The position numbers were made by a program, and so were the translations under genes. 64,000 nucleotides of DNA from the NCBI GenBank assembly GCA_965207225.1, contig CBDBLV010000005.1:32001-96000 (forward strand), read 5' to 3'. Of the stretch, positions 42,712 to 52,159 are shown in pieces (position 1 is the first letter of the stretch; every line of letters begins with the position of its first letter). This DNA comes from Dehalococcoidia bacterium. GTDB taxonomy: Bacteria; Chloroflexota; Dehalococcoidia; Plut-88900. The notes under the pieces were generated by a model. The model made no database searches. It was not told the origin of the DNA and saw only the letters and a program-made list of their open reading frames with translations.

Positions 42712-43167
42712 TCAGCAGAGGGCACCTTTATCTGTATTGGGATCTATGGGGATTGCTGGGTTTCCCTGGTTCTCTTGCTTGAATTTGCTGTTGGCGAGTC
42801 TTTTGAATTGGAGGCTTTTGGCACCGAAATTGATTAGTAGTCCTACCTCTAGGTCATAGGCTTCCAGGTAGTTGATGGCCTGTGCAAGGTGAACATCTTC
42901 GAGTTTAATGACGGCCTTTAGCTCAACGGAGACCAGGCCATCGACCAGGAAGTCCACCCTTCTAGTGCCGATCTGCTGCTCTTTGTAGTAGATGGGCATT
43001 TCATGCTCCCGGCTGAAGGAAAGTCCCTGGTCGGCCATCTCGATCTCCAATGCCCGCTGGTAGATCACCTCCTGGAAGCCGTTACCCAAGGCTGAATGCA
43101 CCGTCATCGCGCACCCGATAACCCTTCCGGTCAACTCCGAATACTTGTAGTTACCGCTGGTCATCAC
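42712..43167 (-). CDS. GxxExxY protein (PD-(D/E)XK-like nuclease family)
   Basis: LGNGFQEVIY, RVDFLV...VELK, QAINYL...GLLINFG. Confidence 0.93.
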   Translation of the reverse strand: MMTSGNYKYSELTGRVIGCAMTVHSALGNGFQEVIYQRALEIEMADQGLSFSREHEMPIYYKEQQIGTRRVDFLVDGLVSVELKAVIKLEDVHLAQAINYLEAYDLEVGLLINFGAKSLQFKRLANSKFKQENQGNPAIPIDPNTDKGALC

Positions 43168-43336
43168 CTCTGCCTATCATATCGCACCTTCCTATCCCAA
43201 ACTGACTTGAGGATCACCCTTCCAAAGTCAAAGCTCATCACTAAATCAAATGAATCAGAGTACATATAGTAGACTGGGAACGGGTCGGCGCGTAGAATGG
43301 CCTCAGAGAGCATGACTTAGAAACCAGGAGGAAATC

Positions 43337-43693
43337 ATGGCTGCATCCGGGATAACTCTATACACGAAACGCTCCTGAACTTCGTGCAGAAGGGCGAAGG
43401 AGTTTCTTTCGCAGAACGAGATAGAGCACATCGAGCGGGACATCTTCAAGGAGCCCCTGTCCCGTGAAGAGATCGAGGGACTGTTGAAGATAATCCCTAT
43501 GGACCAGCTATTCTCACGTAAGAGTCGGGCGGTGAAGAAGCTGGGGCTGGACGTCGACGCCCTGTCCGACGACGAGAAGCTGGACCTGATGCTCCAGGAA
43601 CCGGCGCTGTTGAAGCGGCCGATTGTGGTGGGAGGGTCGGAGCCGGTGCTGGGGTATAACGTGGAGGCGCTGGAGAGCGCGGTCGGGGGTTAG
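43337..43693 (+). CDS. ArsC/Spx-family thioredoxin-fold protein, putative selenoprotein (UxxC)
   Basis: AGGAGG RBS, ATG 43337, MAASGITLYTKRS-TGA(43376-78)-TSCRRAKEFL...LLKRPIV, in frame with the ORF-track fragment 43484..43693. Confidence 0.85.
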
Positions 43694-43712
43694 GAGAAGA
43701 ACAGGACAAGAT

Positions 43713-44570
43713 ATGGCTAACGAAAACAAGCACAACCGACCCGACCTCCTGGTCGAGACCGAATGGCTGGCCGAGCACCTGGAGGACCCGAACCTGAGAA
43801 TCGTGGACATGGGGCCTATCGACGCCTACAAGCGGGCCCACATCCCCGGCTCGATGGGCCTGAATCGCAACTACTTCAAGGACCCCGATAACCGGGCGCT
43901 GGTCATGGGCCCCGACCAGTTCGCGGAGGAAATGGGGCAGGTCGGGATCGGCAACGAGCACGACGTGATCGCCTACGACGACTGGGGCGGTCTGTACGCG
44001 GGTCGGCTCTGGTGGCTCCTCCGAATGCACGGCCACGAGAAGGTGCGGGTGCTGAACGGAGGCTGGAACAAGTGGATTGCAGAGGGTCGGGCGGTCGAGC
44101 CTGCGCCGCTGTCCTTGTATCACAGCAACAAGCCGATGTCCCCTCACGCTCCCGCTACCTTCACCGCAACCCTGCACCACGAGTACAACTGCACCCTGGA
44201 CCAGCTTAAGGAAAGGCTGAACGAGCCGGGTTGGGTCACGCTGGACGTTCGGACGGACGACGAGTACACGGGTGCGCTGACTCGGGGGAACAAGCGGGGC
44301 GGGCATATACCGGACACCGTTCACATCGAGTGGACGAAAGCCGTCACCGACGATGAGTTCAGGACATTCCTGCCTCCCGACGAGCTAAGGGAGCTCTATG
44401 CGTCGGCGGGGATCACGCCGGAGAAGAAGGTAGTCACGTACTGACAGGGCGGAATACGCGCGGCACACGTGATGTTTGCCCTCCGACTCCTGGGCTACGA
44501 GAATGTCAGCAACTACGACGGCTCCATGGGGGAATGGGCCAACCGGGACGACACCCCTATAGTAGCTTAG
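43713..44570 (+). CDS. Tandem-domain rhodanese/sulfurtransferase, putative selenoprotein
   Basis: HIPG, GGHIP; VVTY-TGA(44442-44)-QGGIRAAH...NYDGSMGEW to TAG at 44568-70. Confidence 0.88.
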
Positions 44571-45324
44571 GCCCCAACACGTACTTCAGGTTGGCCGTGG
44601 TCTGAGCGGCCACTTCCTCGACGGTGATGCCTCGGAGTTCCGCGACCTTTTCGGCGACGCGTATCAGCTGGGCCGGTTCAAGGGGGTTCTTCTTTTTCCA
44701 GGGCTGGGGGAAGGAGTCGGTCTCGATGACCATGTATTCCATGGGAAGGGCCGCGGCTATGGGGTGGAGGTGGGGGAGGGCGAGGAGCGTCTTGGAGAAG
44801 GAGACGTAGATGCCCATGTCGATGCATTCTTCGGCGATGCGCTGGTCGGCGACGAAGTAGTGCATGATGGCCCCGACCTCGTAGACTCGCTCCTCCTTCA
44901 GGATACGAAGGCAGTCCCAGTAGGCCTCACGGCTGTGGAAAACGACTGGAAGCTGCAACTCCCGGGCGAGGCAGAGGTGCCGGCGGAATACGTCCTGTTG
45001 GAGCTGCTTCGGGGCCTTGCTCTTGAAATAGTCGAGGCCCGGTTCGCAGACCATGAGCACCTTCTCGCTGGACTGGGCCAGACTGGCAAGCTCCTCGAAG
45101 GTCTCCTCGGTGACATTGAGGTGGGCGGCGTGAGGGTGGATGCCGACGCCAGCGTAGATGTCGGGGTAATCCTCGGCGATGCGGACGGCGGCCCTGGAAG
45201 ACTCCAGGGAGCTTCCAGCGGTGATGATTCGCCTGACGCCGACGTCTCGGGCGCGCTGGACGACATCCAGGAGTTGGTCTCCGTAGTCTTCGAGGTGGGT
45301 GTGGCTGTCTGATAGGTCTAGCAT
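44557..45324 (-). CDS. tatD: TatD family hydrolase
   Basis: DSHTHL, GVGIHPH, GLDY, FHSREA, IETDS. Confidence 0.88.
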   Translation of the reverse strand: MLDLSDSHTHLEDYGDQLLDVVQRARDVGVRRIITAGSSLESSRAAVRIAEDYPDIYAGVGIHPHAAHLNVTEETFEELASLAQSSEKVLMVCEPGLDYFKSKAPKQLQQDVFRRHLCLARELQLPVVFHSREAYWDCLRILKEERVYEVGAIMHYFVADQRIAEECIDMGIYVSFSKTLLALPHLHPIAAALPMEYMVIETDSFPQPWKKKNPLEPAQLIRVAEKVAELRGITVEEVAAQTTANLKYVLGPKLL

Positions 45325-45359
45325 TTCAGTAACTCTCGCTAACTGGTCGGCAAAGTTTT

Positions 45360-46442
45360 CTAATCTATTCCCCAGATGGATTTCAGGCGTTCGACAGTGA
45401 AATTCCACTTAGGGTCTCGGGGCTGGGCAACCGTGTTCTGGTTGCCAAAGAAGCCACGTTCTCTCACCGCATCCTGCAAGTTGACCGTCTTGATCCATTC
45501 AACCCCCACAAAGTGTTCGGAGTTCTCCTCATTAAGCGCCTTTGGCGCCTGGATGTCGACTTCAGTGATGGGTACGGTTGAGCCGTTCTTATTGACTTTG
45601 AACTGATCAAAGCGCGTTGCCGGGGTGACAACTTTCCCAACGCCTACGTACCCTTTACCCGGGACGGATACCCATATTCGATTTCCGGGTTCAAGCATCC
45701 TCAACGTCCTCACGTACCACTCTCCGCCTCCTCCGCTCACGTAGCCGTATTTCTCAGCATCGCTCCAAGTTCGGCTTTCTCCTTCTCCAAAGGAAACGTA
45801 GTATTCGCCATTCCATTCCTCCTTTTGCCTCCTGGAGGAGGATGGTTGAGCAGGGATGTCATAGGGGTCATTCAGCCAAGTTCGAGTTATATATCGGCGG
45901 TCTCCATCCTCAAATGCACGAAACAACACGACACCGATATCGAGACCGTACTCTTCCCTCAGATACAGAACTATCCGCTCAGAAGACGGGTCAAGGTCCT
46001 CGGCAACTATTATGAGTCTATGAGACTCGTTGAGCTCATCGGGAACGGTGTTGAATCGTTCGCTGAGAACCTCATTAATCCCCCTTGGAGCGGCCTCTTT
46101 GAGAAACCGTTGCTGATAGTCAATGTAAATATCAGCAATCTCCTCTGATGTCATGCGGCGTATGCAGGAACCGTAATCAAGGATTTGTGCCACAACCTCT
46201 CTAGGCGTGCGTGCTCGCTTCAACTCAATTACTATCAAGTTTCCTTCTGCGTCAATAGCAAGGATGTCAATGCGGCCGCCAACCGGTATAGCTACCTCCC
46301 GGCCAATCACCATGACGCTGGGATCAATTATGGAGATATCGGAAGCGATGATCTCTTGCAACCGCTCTTCATAGTCCATTCCGCCTAACGGCAGGGGGCT
46401 CAAGTCTTCGCCGATTTTCCAAATCCCCACTTCTATTGACAT
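45360..46442 (-). CDS. NucS-like PD-(D/E)XK endonuclease domain protein
   Basis: GRE...GRIDILAID..GNLIVIELK...QILDY; lower GC than flanks. Confidence 0.8.
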   Translation of the reverse strand: MSIEVGIWKIGEDLSPLPLGGMDYEERLQEIIASDISIIDPSVMVIGREVAIPVGGRIDILAIDAEGNLIVIELKRARTPREVVAQILDYGSCIRRMTSEEIADIYIDYQQRFLKEAAPRGINEVLSERFNTVPDELNESHRLIIVAEDLDPSSERIVLYLREEYGLDIGVVLFRAFEDGDRRYITRTWLNDPYDIPAQPSSSRRQKEEWNGEYYVSFGEGESRTWSDAEKYGYVSGGGGEWYVRTLRMLEPGNRIWVSVPGKGYVGVGKVVTPATRFDQFKVNKNGSTVPITEVDIQAPKALNEENSEHFVGVEWIKTVNLQDAVRERGFFGNQNTVAQPRDPKWNFTVERLKSIWGID

Positions 46443-46474
46443 CCTATCCTGCCTTCCAATTACGATTCAGACGT

Positions 46475-47107
46475 CTATCGACCAGCGTCTGCAATTGCCC
46501 TAAGTTCCCGGGCCGCGGCCCGGGGGTTAGCCGCACCTAGGATTGAACGGATTACCGCTATCCCGTCCGCGCCGGCGCGCATGACCTCTCCGGCTTTGGA
46601 CGCATTGATACCTCCAATGGCATAGACGGGGATGTTGACCTGGGACTTCACTGTCCTTATCAGTTCAGGCCCGGAAACGGGCCCATCAGGGTGGGACGCC
46701 GTGGTGTAGATCGTACCTAGTATCAGGTAGTCGGCGCCTTCCTGCTCTGCGGCTACAGCTTCTTCGACGCTGTGCACCGACCTACCAGTCAGCATCTCCT
46801 CCCCGCAGAGACTTTGGGCAACGTCGATGGGCAGGGAGTGGGAGGGGAGGTGTACGCCGTCGGCGTCCACGGCGAGGGCGATGTCGACTCTGTCATTGAT
46901 GATGAGAAGGGCTTTGCCCCGAGTGACATCCCGCAGTTTCTTCGCCAGCCGGTACAAATCTCCGGAGGGCATGCCTTTTTCCCGGACCTGCACCATTCCC
47001 ACCCCACTCCCAACCGCCTCGGCTACGACTTCTTCTATGGGCGCGTGCATCTTGACGGAGGAGTCGGTGACCAGGCAGAGCTTGGGGAGTTGCGTGGGAC
47101 TAGGCAT
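46475..47107 (-). CDS. thiE: Thiamine phosphate synthase
   Basis: VQVREK, INDRVDIA, DGVHL, SVHS, AIGGI. Confidence 0.9.
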   Translation of the reverse strand: MPSPTQLPKLCLVTDSSVKMHAPIEEVVAEAVGSGVGMVQVREKGMPSGDLYRLAKKLRDVTRGKALLIINDRVDIALAVDADGVHLPSHSLPIDVAQSLCGEEMLTGRSVHSVEEAVAAEQEGADYLILGTIYTTASHPDGPVSGPELIRTVKSQVNIPVYAIGGINASKAGEVMRAGADGIAVIRSILGAANPRAAARELRAIADAGR

Positions 47108-47801
47108 CGGCCCGGGCGGGCTTCAGGAAGAACTCGTCGAAGGCTCCGAAGGCCAAGGGCGCTACCTGTTGGGCGATTTTCTCGATGGCGAGGGCGTAGG
47201 CACGGATCTCGGGCTGGGCGCCTTCGCCGAGCCTGAGCTCCAGGAAGTTCATCAGGGCCCGGAAGTTCAGGGTCCAGTAGAACTCGGTGTAGTAGGCCGT
47301 GCCCAGCACGCCCCGGAAGACCTCCCTTGTGCGCTTGCGGTGCTCCCGGTAGGGCTTGGCCTTCTCTATCATGCGCTCGTAGAAGTCGTGCTCCCGGTGC
47401 ATCATCTCCTCGTATTCCTTGATGTCGCCCTCGTCGAAGATGCCGGGGATGTCGTCGAGAGAGGGCACGTAGAACTCCTCCTGGAAGACGCGGTAGCGGG
47501 CCGAGCGCTCGTTATAGCTGGCGATGCGGTGTCTAAGCCATTGTCGGGCCACGAAGATCGGGCACTTGATGACGAACTGGAACACGACGTGCTCGAAGGG
47601 GGTGTGGTGCTTGTTCTCCATCAGGAAAAAGATGAGCTTGCGGTCCCGCTCGGGGTCCGACTTGGCACCCGTCGAGACCCGGGCGGCGGACAGGATTCTA
47701 TCGTCGCCGCCTATGTAGTCCAGGAGATGGACGTAACCCTTGTCTAGGACGGGGATCTTGCGTCCTCTGAGGTCGGGTTCCGGGCCGTTGACGTTTTGCA
47801 A
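47100..47801 (-). CDS. thyX: FAD-dependent thymidylate synthase
   Basis: HHTPFEH, RQWLRHRIASYNERSARY, AQPEIR. Confidence 0.95.
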   Translation of the reverse strand: MQNVNGPEPDLRGRKIPVLDKGYVHLLDYIGGDDRILSAARVSTGAKSDPERDRKLIFFLMENKHHTPFEHVVFQFVIKCPIFVARQWLRHRIASYNERSARYRVFQEEFYVPSLDDIPGIFDEGDIKEYEEMMHREHDFYERMIEKAKPYREHRKRTREVFRGVLGTAYYTEFYWTLNFRALMNFLELRLGEGAQPEIRAYALAIEKIAQQVAPLAFGAFDEFFLKPARADA

Positions 47802-47844
47802 ATGGGCCCCCAGTTCAGATTAGCGATATCGTTTCAATAACGGG

Positions 47845-48984
47845 CTAGATACCCATGCCCAGCGATACCATCCGCAGGGCGCGCTCGGTAGCCTCGGTGA
47901 GGAGGGAGTCGGCATCGTGGATGGCGGCGTCCAGGGCGATGGGCCCCGGGGCAATGCTCATAACCGAGGTCACGCCCTGATCGTAGATGGAGCGGTACTC
48001 GGGGGCCAGGCTTCCCGCGAGGGCAATCACCGGGATATTCATCCCCTTGGCCCGGGACGCTACTCCCATAATCGTCTTTCCATATGACGACTGCCCGTCT
48101 ATCTGTCCTTCTCCGGTGATGACAAGGTCCGCTCCGTCAAGCTGCTCGACCAAGTTCACTGCATCGGCCACCACCTCGACCCCCGGCTTCAGTTCGGTGG
48201 GGAAAAACACCTTCATTCCGTAGGCAAGCCCCCCCGCCGCCCCAGCCCCGGGGTCGTCCCTCTGGTCGATGCCGAGGTCTCTTTGTACCACGTCGGCGAA
48301 CTTGCCCATAGCCGCATCAAGCTGGGCGATGATGGGCGGGGTTGCGCCCTTTTGGGGGCCGTAGATGGCGGCGGTGCCCTCGGGGCCGCATAGGGGGTTG
48401 GTTACGTCGGTGGCGACCTGGAAAGTTGACTCGGTGGCCCGGGGGTCGATGCCCGACAGGTCGATTCTTGCCAGCCGGGCCAAGGGGCCTCCGCCGAAGG
48501 GCAATTCGGCGCCGGTCTCGTCCAGGAATTTCACACCGAGGGCCTGGGCCACCCCTGTCCCGCCGTCACACGTTGCACTCCCCCCGACACCCAGGATGAA
48601 CTTGCGGTGCCCCTGGTCAAGGGCGTGATGGATCAGTTCTCCGGTGCCATAGGTAGTGGTTATCAGGGGGTCTCGCCTGTCGCTCGGGACAAGGGCCAGC
48701 CCCGAGGCACTGGCCATCTCCACGACGGCAGTGTCGCTGTTCCCGAGCACCCCCCATCGGGCCTGGACCGGCTCTCCGAGGGGCCCGGTTACGGTGTCTT
48801 CGTGGGTTCGCCCTCCGGTACTCCGCATCAGGACTTCCAGGGTGCCGTCGCCGCCGTCGGCCATGGCGGAGATGAGGACCTGGGCGTCGGGGAAGACGCG
48901 TCGGATGCCGGAGACAATGGCGTCGGAGACCTGGAACACGCCCAGGCTCCCCTTGAACGCCTGGGGCGCGACGACGATTTTCAT
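47845..48984 (-). CDS. glxK: Glycerate kinase (GlxK/GarK family)
   Basis: KIVVAPQAFKGS, ADGGDGT, GAAGG, TGEG..D.QS..GK. Confidence 0.93.
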   Translation of the reverse strand: MKIVVAPQAFKGSLGVFQVSDAIVSGIRRVFPDAQVLISAMADGGDGTLEVLMRSTGGRTHEDTVTGPLGEPVQARWGVLGNSDTAVVEMASASGLALVPSDRRDPLITTTYGTGELIHHALDQGHRKFILGVGGSATCDGGTGVAQALGVKFLDETGAELPFGGGPLARLARIDLSGIDPRATESTFQVATDVTNPLCGPEGTAAIYGPQKGATPPIIAQLDAAMGKFADVVQRDLGIDQRDDPGAGAAGGLAYGMKVFFPTELKPGVEVVADAVNLVEQLDGADLVITGEGQIDGQSSYGKTIMGVASRAKGMNIPVIALAGSLAPEYRSIYDQGVTSVMSIAPGPIALDAAIHDADSLLTEATERALRMVSLGMGI

Positions 48985-49035
48985 GGGTGGGATTATAGCC
49001 CGACCAGGGGGTCGGTGATAGACTTACCTAAGGGT

Positions 49036-49581
49036 ATGACACAGAGTAATCAAGCAGGCGAAATAGATCCGAAGACGCTGGATGCAGGTTACGAATTGGC
49101 AATCAAGGCTCTGGGCTCGTCGAGTCGCGAGGCAACCTCGATTGACACCAAGCTGATCGGAACCTTCGCAGTGTCAATTATTGTCGTTGGGCTGCTGCCA
49201 ATCGTTCCAGGGGAACCGAGCCTCACCATTTGGCATTACTGGCCAAACTGGTTCTTGTATCTTGGTGTAGCAGCCTTTGCATGGACGGGATTCTGGGTCT
49301 ATCAAGGTTTCCGTTCGAGGGAGTTCAACTCAATGGCTAATCTAAGCCCTTCGTTGCTTCAAGAGCATTTCTGGCATTTGGATGAAAAGGCGTTCAAGAC
49401 GAAGATTCATGAGTGGTTAGAGTGGGCATGGGAGGAGAACAGGCGTCATTTAAGTAGTAAGAGCACCGCGTTCATATTTACTCTCCCAGCTGCGGCACTT
49501 GAAATAGTTTTTCTGCTGGTCTGGATCTTCACCAGAGAAGCATTCCCTATTTCTTCTTCGGCGGGAATCCCTTCTGCATAG
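49036..49581 (+). CDS. Hypothetical membrane protein (about 3 TM)
   Basis: MTQSNQAGE...IDTK followed by two TM segments, a polar loop and a third TM; lower GC. Confidence 0.7.
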   Translation: MTQSNQAGEIDPKTLDAGYELAIKALGSSSREATSIDTKLIGTFAVSIIVVGLLPIVPGEPSLTIWHYWPNWFLYLGVAAFAWTGFWVYQGFRSREFNSMANLSPSLLQEHFWHLDEKAFKTKIHEWLEWAWEENRRHLSSKSTAFIFTLPAAALEIVFLLVWIFTREAFPISSSAGIPSA

Positions 49582-49734
49582 GAACGAAAGGACTAGGAGT
49601 GTTGGGGCGGGGGTTCGGTTTTCTAGTTCCTTCTGCCATACCCCAATGATACATCAGGTGGTAGGATGTTTAGAAGCGATGCCCGTTCTTAGCCGTGCTA
49701 ACCGGCTAAACTTAGGTGTCGGGTGAAGGGTTAG

Positions 49735-51177
49735 ATGATCCCTCAGAAGGTAATCGAAGAGCTTGTCGGCGTGGTGGGGGAGCGGTATGTCCTATACGCT
49801 CCCGAGGACCTGATTGTCTTCGAATATGACGGTTCCCAGGCGACCGGCTACCCGGAGGTCGTGGTGGTTCCCGGGTCCGCGGAGGAGGTGGCCGAGGTGG
49901 TGAAAATCGCCTACGGGGAGGGGCTGCCGGTCGTGCCCCGGGGCGCGGGCACCAGCATCAGCGGCGGGGCCCTGGCCTCGACGGGCGGCATTCTTCTCGC
50001 TCTCACTAGGCTAAAGAGGGTGCTGGAGGTCGATACGGATAACCTGATAGCGGTAGTGGAGCCGGGTCTGGTCAACCTGGACCTGAGCGCCGCCGTAAGC
50101 AAGTTCGGCCTCTATTACGCCCCCGACCCCTCCAGCCAGAAGGCCTGCACCATCGGCGGGAACGTAGCGGAAAATGCAGGCGGGCCTCATTGCCTCTCCT
50201 ACGGGGTAACCACCAACCACGTTCTTGGGCTGGAGGTGGTCTTGCACAACGGTGATCTGATGTGGGTCGGGAGCAGGGTCAGGGACGTGCCGGGCTACGA
50301 CCTTACGGGCGCAATCGTGGGCTCGGAGGGGACGTTTGTGGTGGTGACGAAGATCTTGGTGCGGCTCACGCCAAAGCCCGAGTCCGTGGAGACCCTCCTG
50401 GCGGTATACGACAGCCCCATCGACGCCACCAATACGGTTTCGTCGGTAATCGGGGCGGGGATAGTTCCCGCGGCCCTGGAGATGATTGACAACGTGGTAA
50501 TACGGGCGGTGGAGAAGGTGATAAAGGCGGGGTTTCCGGAGGATGCGGGGGCCGTCCTGCTAATCGAGGTGGAAGGCCTGGAAGAGTCGACCCGGCAGGA
50601 GACTGCGGCCATCGAAGAGATTTGCAAGGCTCACAATGCCACCCTCGTCCGCTCCGCCAACGACCCCGCAGAAAGGGAGAGATTGTGGGCGGGCCGCAAG
50701 AGCGCCTTCGGAGCACTGGGAAGCGTGGCGCCCAACTACTACATAGTCGATGGCGTCGTGCCCCGTACTCGACTCCCCGAGATAATGGAGAAGGTGGAAG
50801 AGATTTGTGAACGATACGATGTCGTGGCGGGCAATGTCTTCCACGCCGGAGACGGCAACCTGCACCCGATAATCCTGTTCGACGACCGCATTGAGGGTGC
50901 AAAAGAGAACGTCCTTGGGGCCGGTGCCGAGATGCTGCGGGCCTGCATTGACGTTGGAGGGGCTTTGACCGGCGAACACGGCATAGGCGTCGAAAAGCAG
51001 ATGTACATGCCTTGGGCCTTCACGCAGGAAGACATGACGGCCATGAAACGGCTGCGGGCAGCCTTCAACCCCAACGCAACCTTCAACCCGGGCAAGATCT
51101 TCCCGGATGAGGCCCCGCCACATCACGAATCTGAACTGCACAGGCCCGTGCCCCAAGCCTCGGGCATGTATGTTTAG
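49735..51177 (+). CDS. glcD: Glycolate oxidase subunit D-like FAD-linked oxidase
   Basis: PRGAGT, APDPSSQ, AENAGGPHCL, HAGDGNLHP, GEHGIG, NPGK. Confidence 0.9.
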   Translation: MIPQKVIEELVGVVGERYVLYAPEDLIVFEYDGSQATGYPEVVVVPGSAEEVAEVVKIAYGEGLPVVPRGAGTSISGGALASTGGILLALTRLKRVLEVDTDNLIAVVEPGLVNLDLSAAVSKFGLYYAPDPSSQKACTIGGNVAENAGGPHCLSYGVTTNHVLGLEVVLHNGDLMWVGSRVRDVPGYDLTGAIVGSEGTFVVVTKILVRLTPKPESVETLLAVYDSPIDATNTVSSVIGAGIVPAALEMIDNVVIRAVEKVIKAGFPEDAGAVLLIEVEGLEESTRQETAAIEEICKAHNATLVRSANDPAERERLWAGRKSAFGALGSVAPNYYIVDGVVPRTRLPEIMEKVEEICERYDVVAGNVFHAGDGNLHPIILFDDRIEGAKENVLGAGAEMLRACIDVGGALTGEHGIGVEKQMYMPWAFTQEDMTAMKRLRAAFNPNATFNPGKIFPDEAPPHHESELHRPVPQASGMYV

Positions 51178-51214
51178 CCAGGGCTTGAAGACCTAAATCA
51201 AGCAGGAGACGCCT

Positions 51215-52129
51215 ATGAGCAATCTTGAAAAGATGCAGGCCCGAATCGCCGCCGGTGAGACCATACTGATGGATGGGGGAATGGGCTCGGAGTTCGAGAG
51301 GCGAGGGCTCATCAGCCCCACGACCTGGTCGGGCGGGCCTATGCTCACGCATCCGGAGCTAGTTGCGGAGATCCACGAAGATTACATCAGGGCGGGTGCA
51401 GAGATCATTATCACGAATACGTTCGGCACCGGACGGGACATGCTCGAAGAGGGTGGCCTCGAGCACAAGGTACCCGAGGCCAACAGGAACGGAATCGAAG
51501 CGGCGGTTAAGGCAAGGAAGAACACGGGAACGGAGGACTCGGTGGTGATCGCAGCATCCGCCTCCACTATGAAGCCCAAGGCCCATGCCGAAGTTCCCGT
51601 TGCCTACGAAAAAGCCCTCGCAACCTACCTGGAACAGTTCGGAGAGCTGGCCAAGGGCGGCCCCGACGTGGCGGTCGGAGAGATGTTGGTGCGGATTTCG
51701 GACACCCTCGCCATAGTCGACGCCGCCAAACAGCTGGGGCTCCCGGCGTGGGTGGGGCTGTCGGTCATCCCTGATGGAGACGATCTGTACCTCGGCATTG
51801 ATGGCAGGCACGGCGGTGAGTCCCTGCAGGACGCCATGGACGCCATCAAGGACAAGGACATCGACGCTGTGTTCGTTATGCACACGCCGGTAGGGGACAC
51901 GGCGCCCGCGCTGGAGATAGTCAAGAATAGCTGGTCGGGAACCTTTGGCGCCTATGCTCATTTCCCGGGCCACAACACCGACAGGCCACTCCGGAATGCC
52001 CTCGACCCTCAGCAGTACGTGGAATACGCAAAGGGTTGGCAGGAGCAAGGCTCCCGCATCATAGGCGGGTGCTGCGGCACGAAGCCCGACCACATCCAGG
52101 CCCTGAAGGGGTGGCTCTCCGGCTCCTAG
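51215..52129 (+). CDS. Homocysteine S-methyltransferase family protein
   Basis: MDGGMGSE, AGAEIIITNTF, IIGGCCG. Confidence 0.88.
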   Translation: MSNLEKMQARIAAGETILMDGGMGSEFERRGLISPTTWSGGPMLTHPELVAEIHEDYIRAGAEIIITNTFGTGRDMLEEGGLEHKVPEANRNGIEAAVKARKNTGTEDSVVIAASASTMKPKAHAEVPVAYEKALATYLEQFGELAKGGPDVAVGEMLVRISDTLAIVDAAKQLGLPAWVGLSVIPDGDDLYLGIDGRHGGESLQDAMDAIKDKDIDAVFVMHTPVGDTAPALEIVKNSWSGTFGAYAHFPGHNTDRPLRNALDPQQYVEYAKGWQEQGSRIIGGCCGTKPDHIQALKGWLSGS

Positions 52130-52159
52130 TCGGGGTTCGCACAACCGAGCCGCATCGTC

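Noticed and set aside
48607-49035. N-terminal part of the 324-aa ORF 48607..49581
   Set aside because: Antisense to glycerate kinase; the real gene likely starts at ATG 49036.
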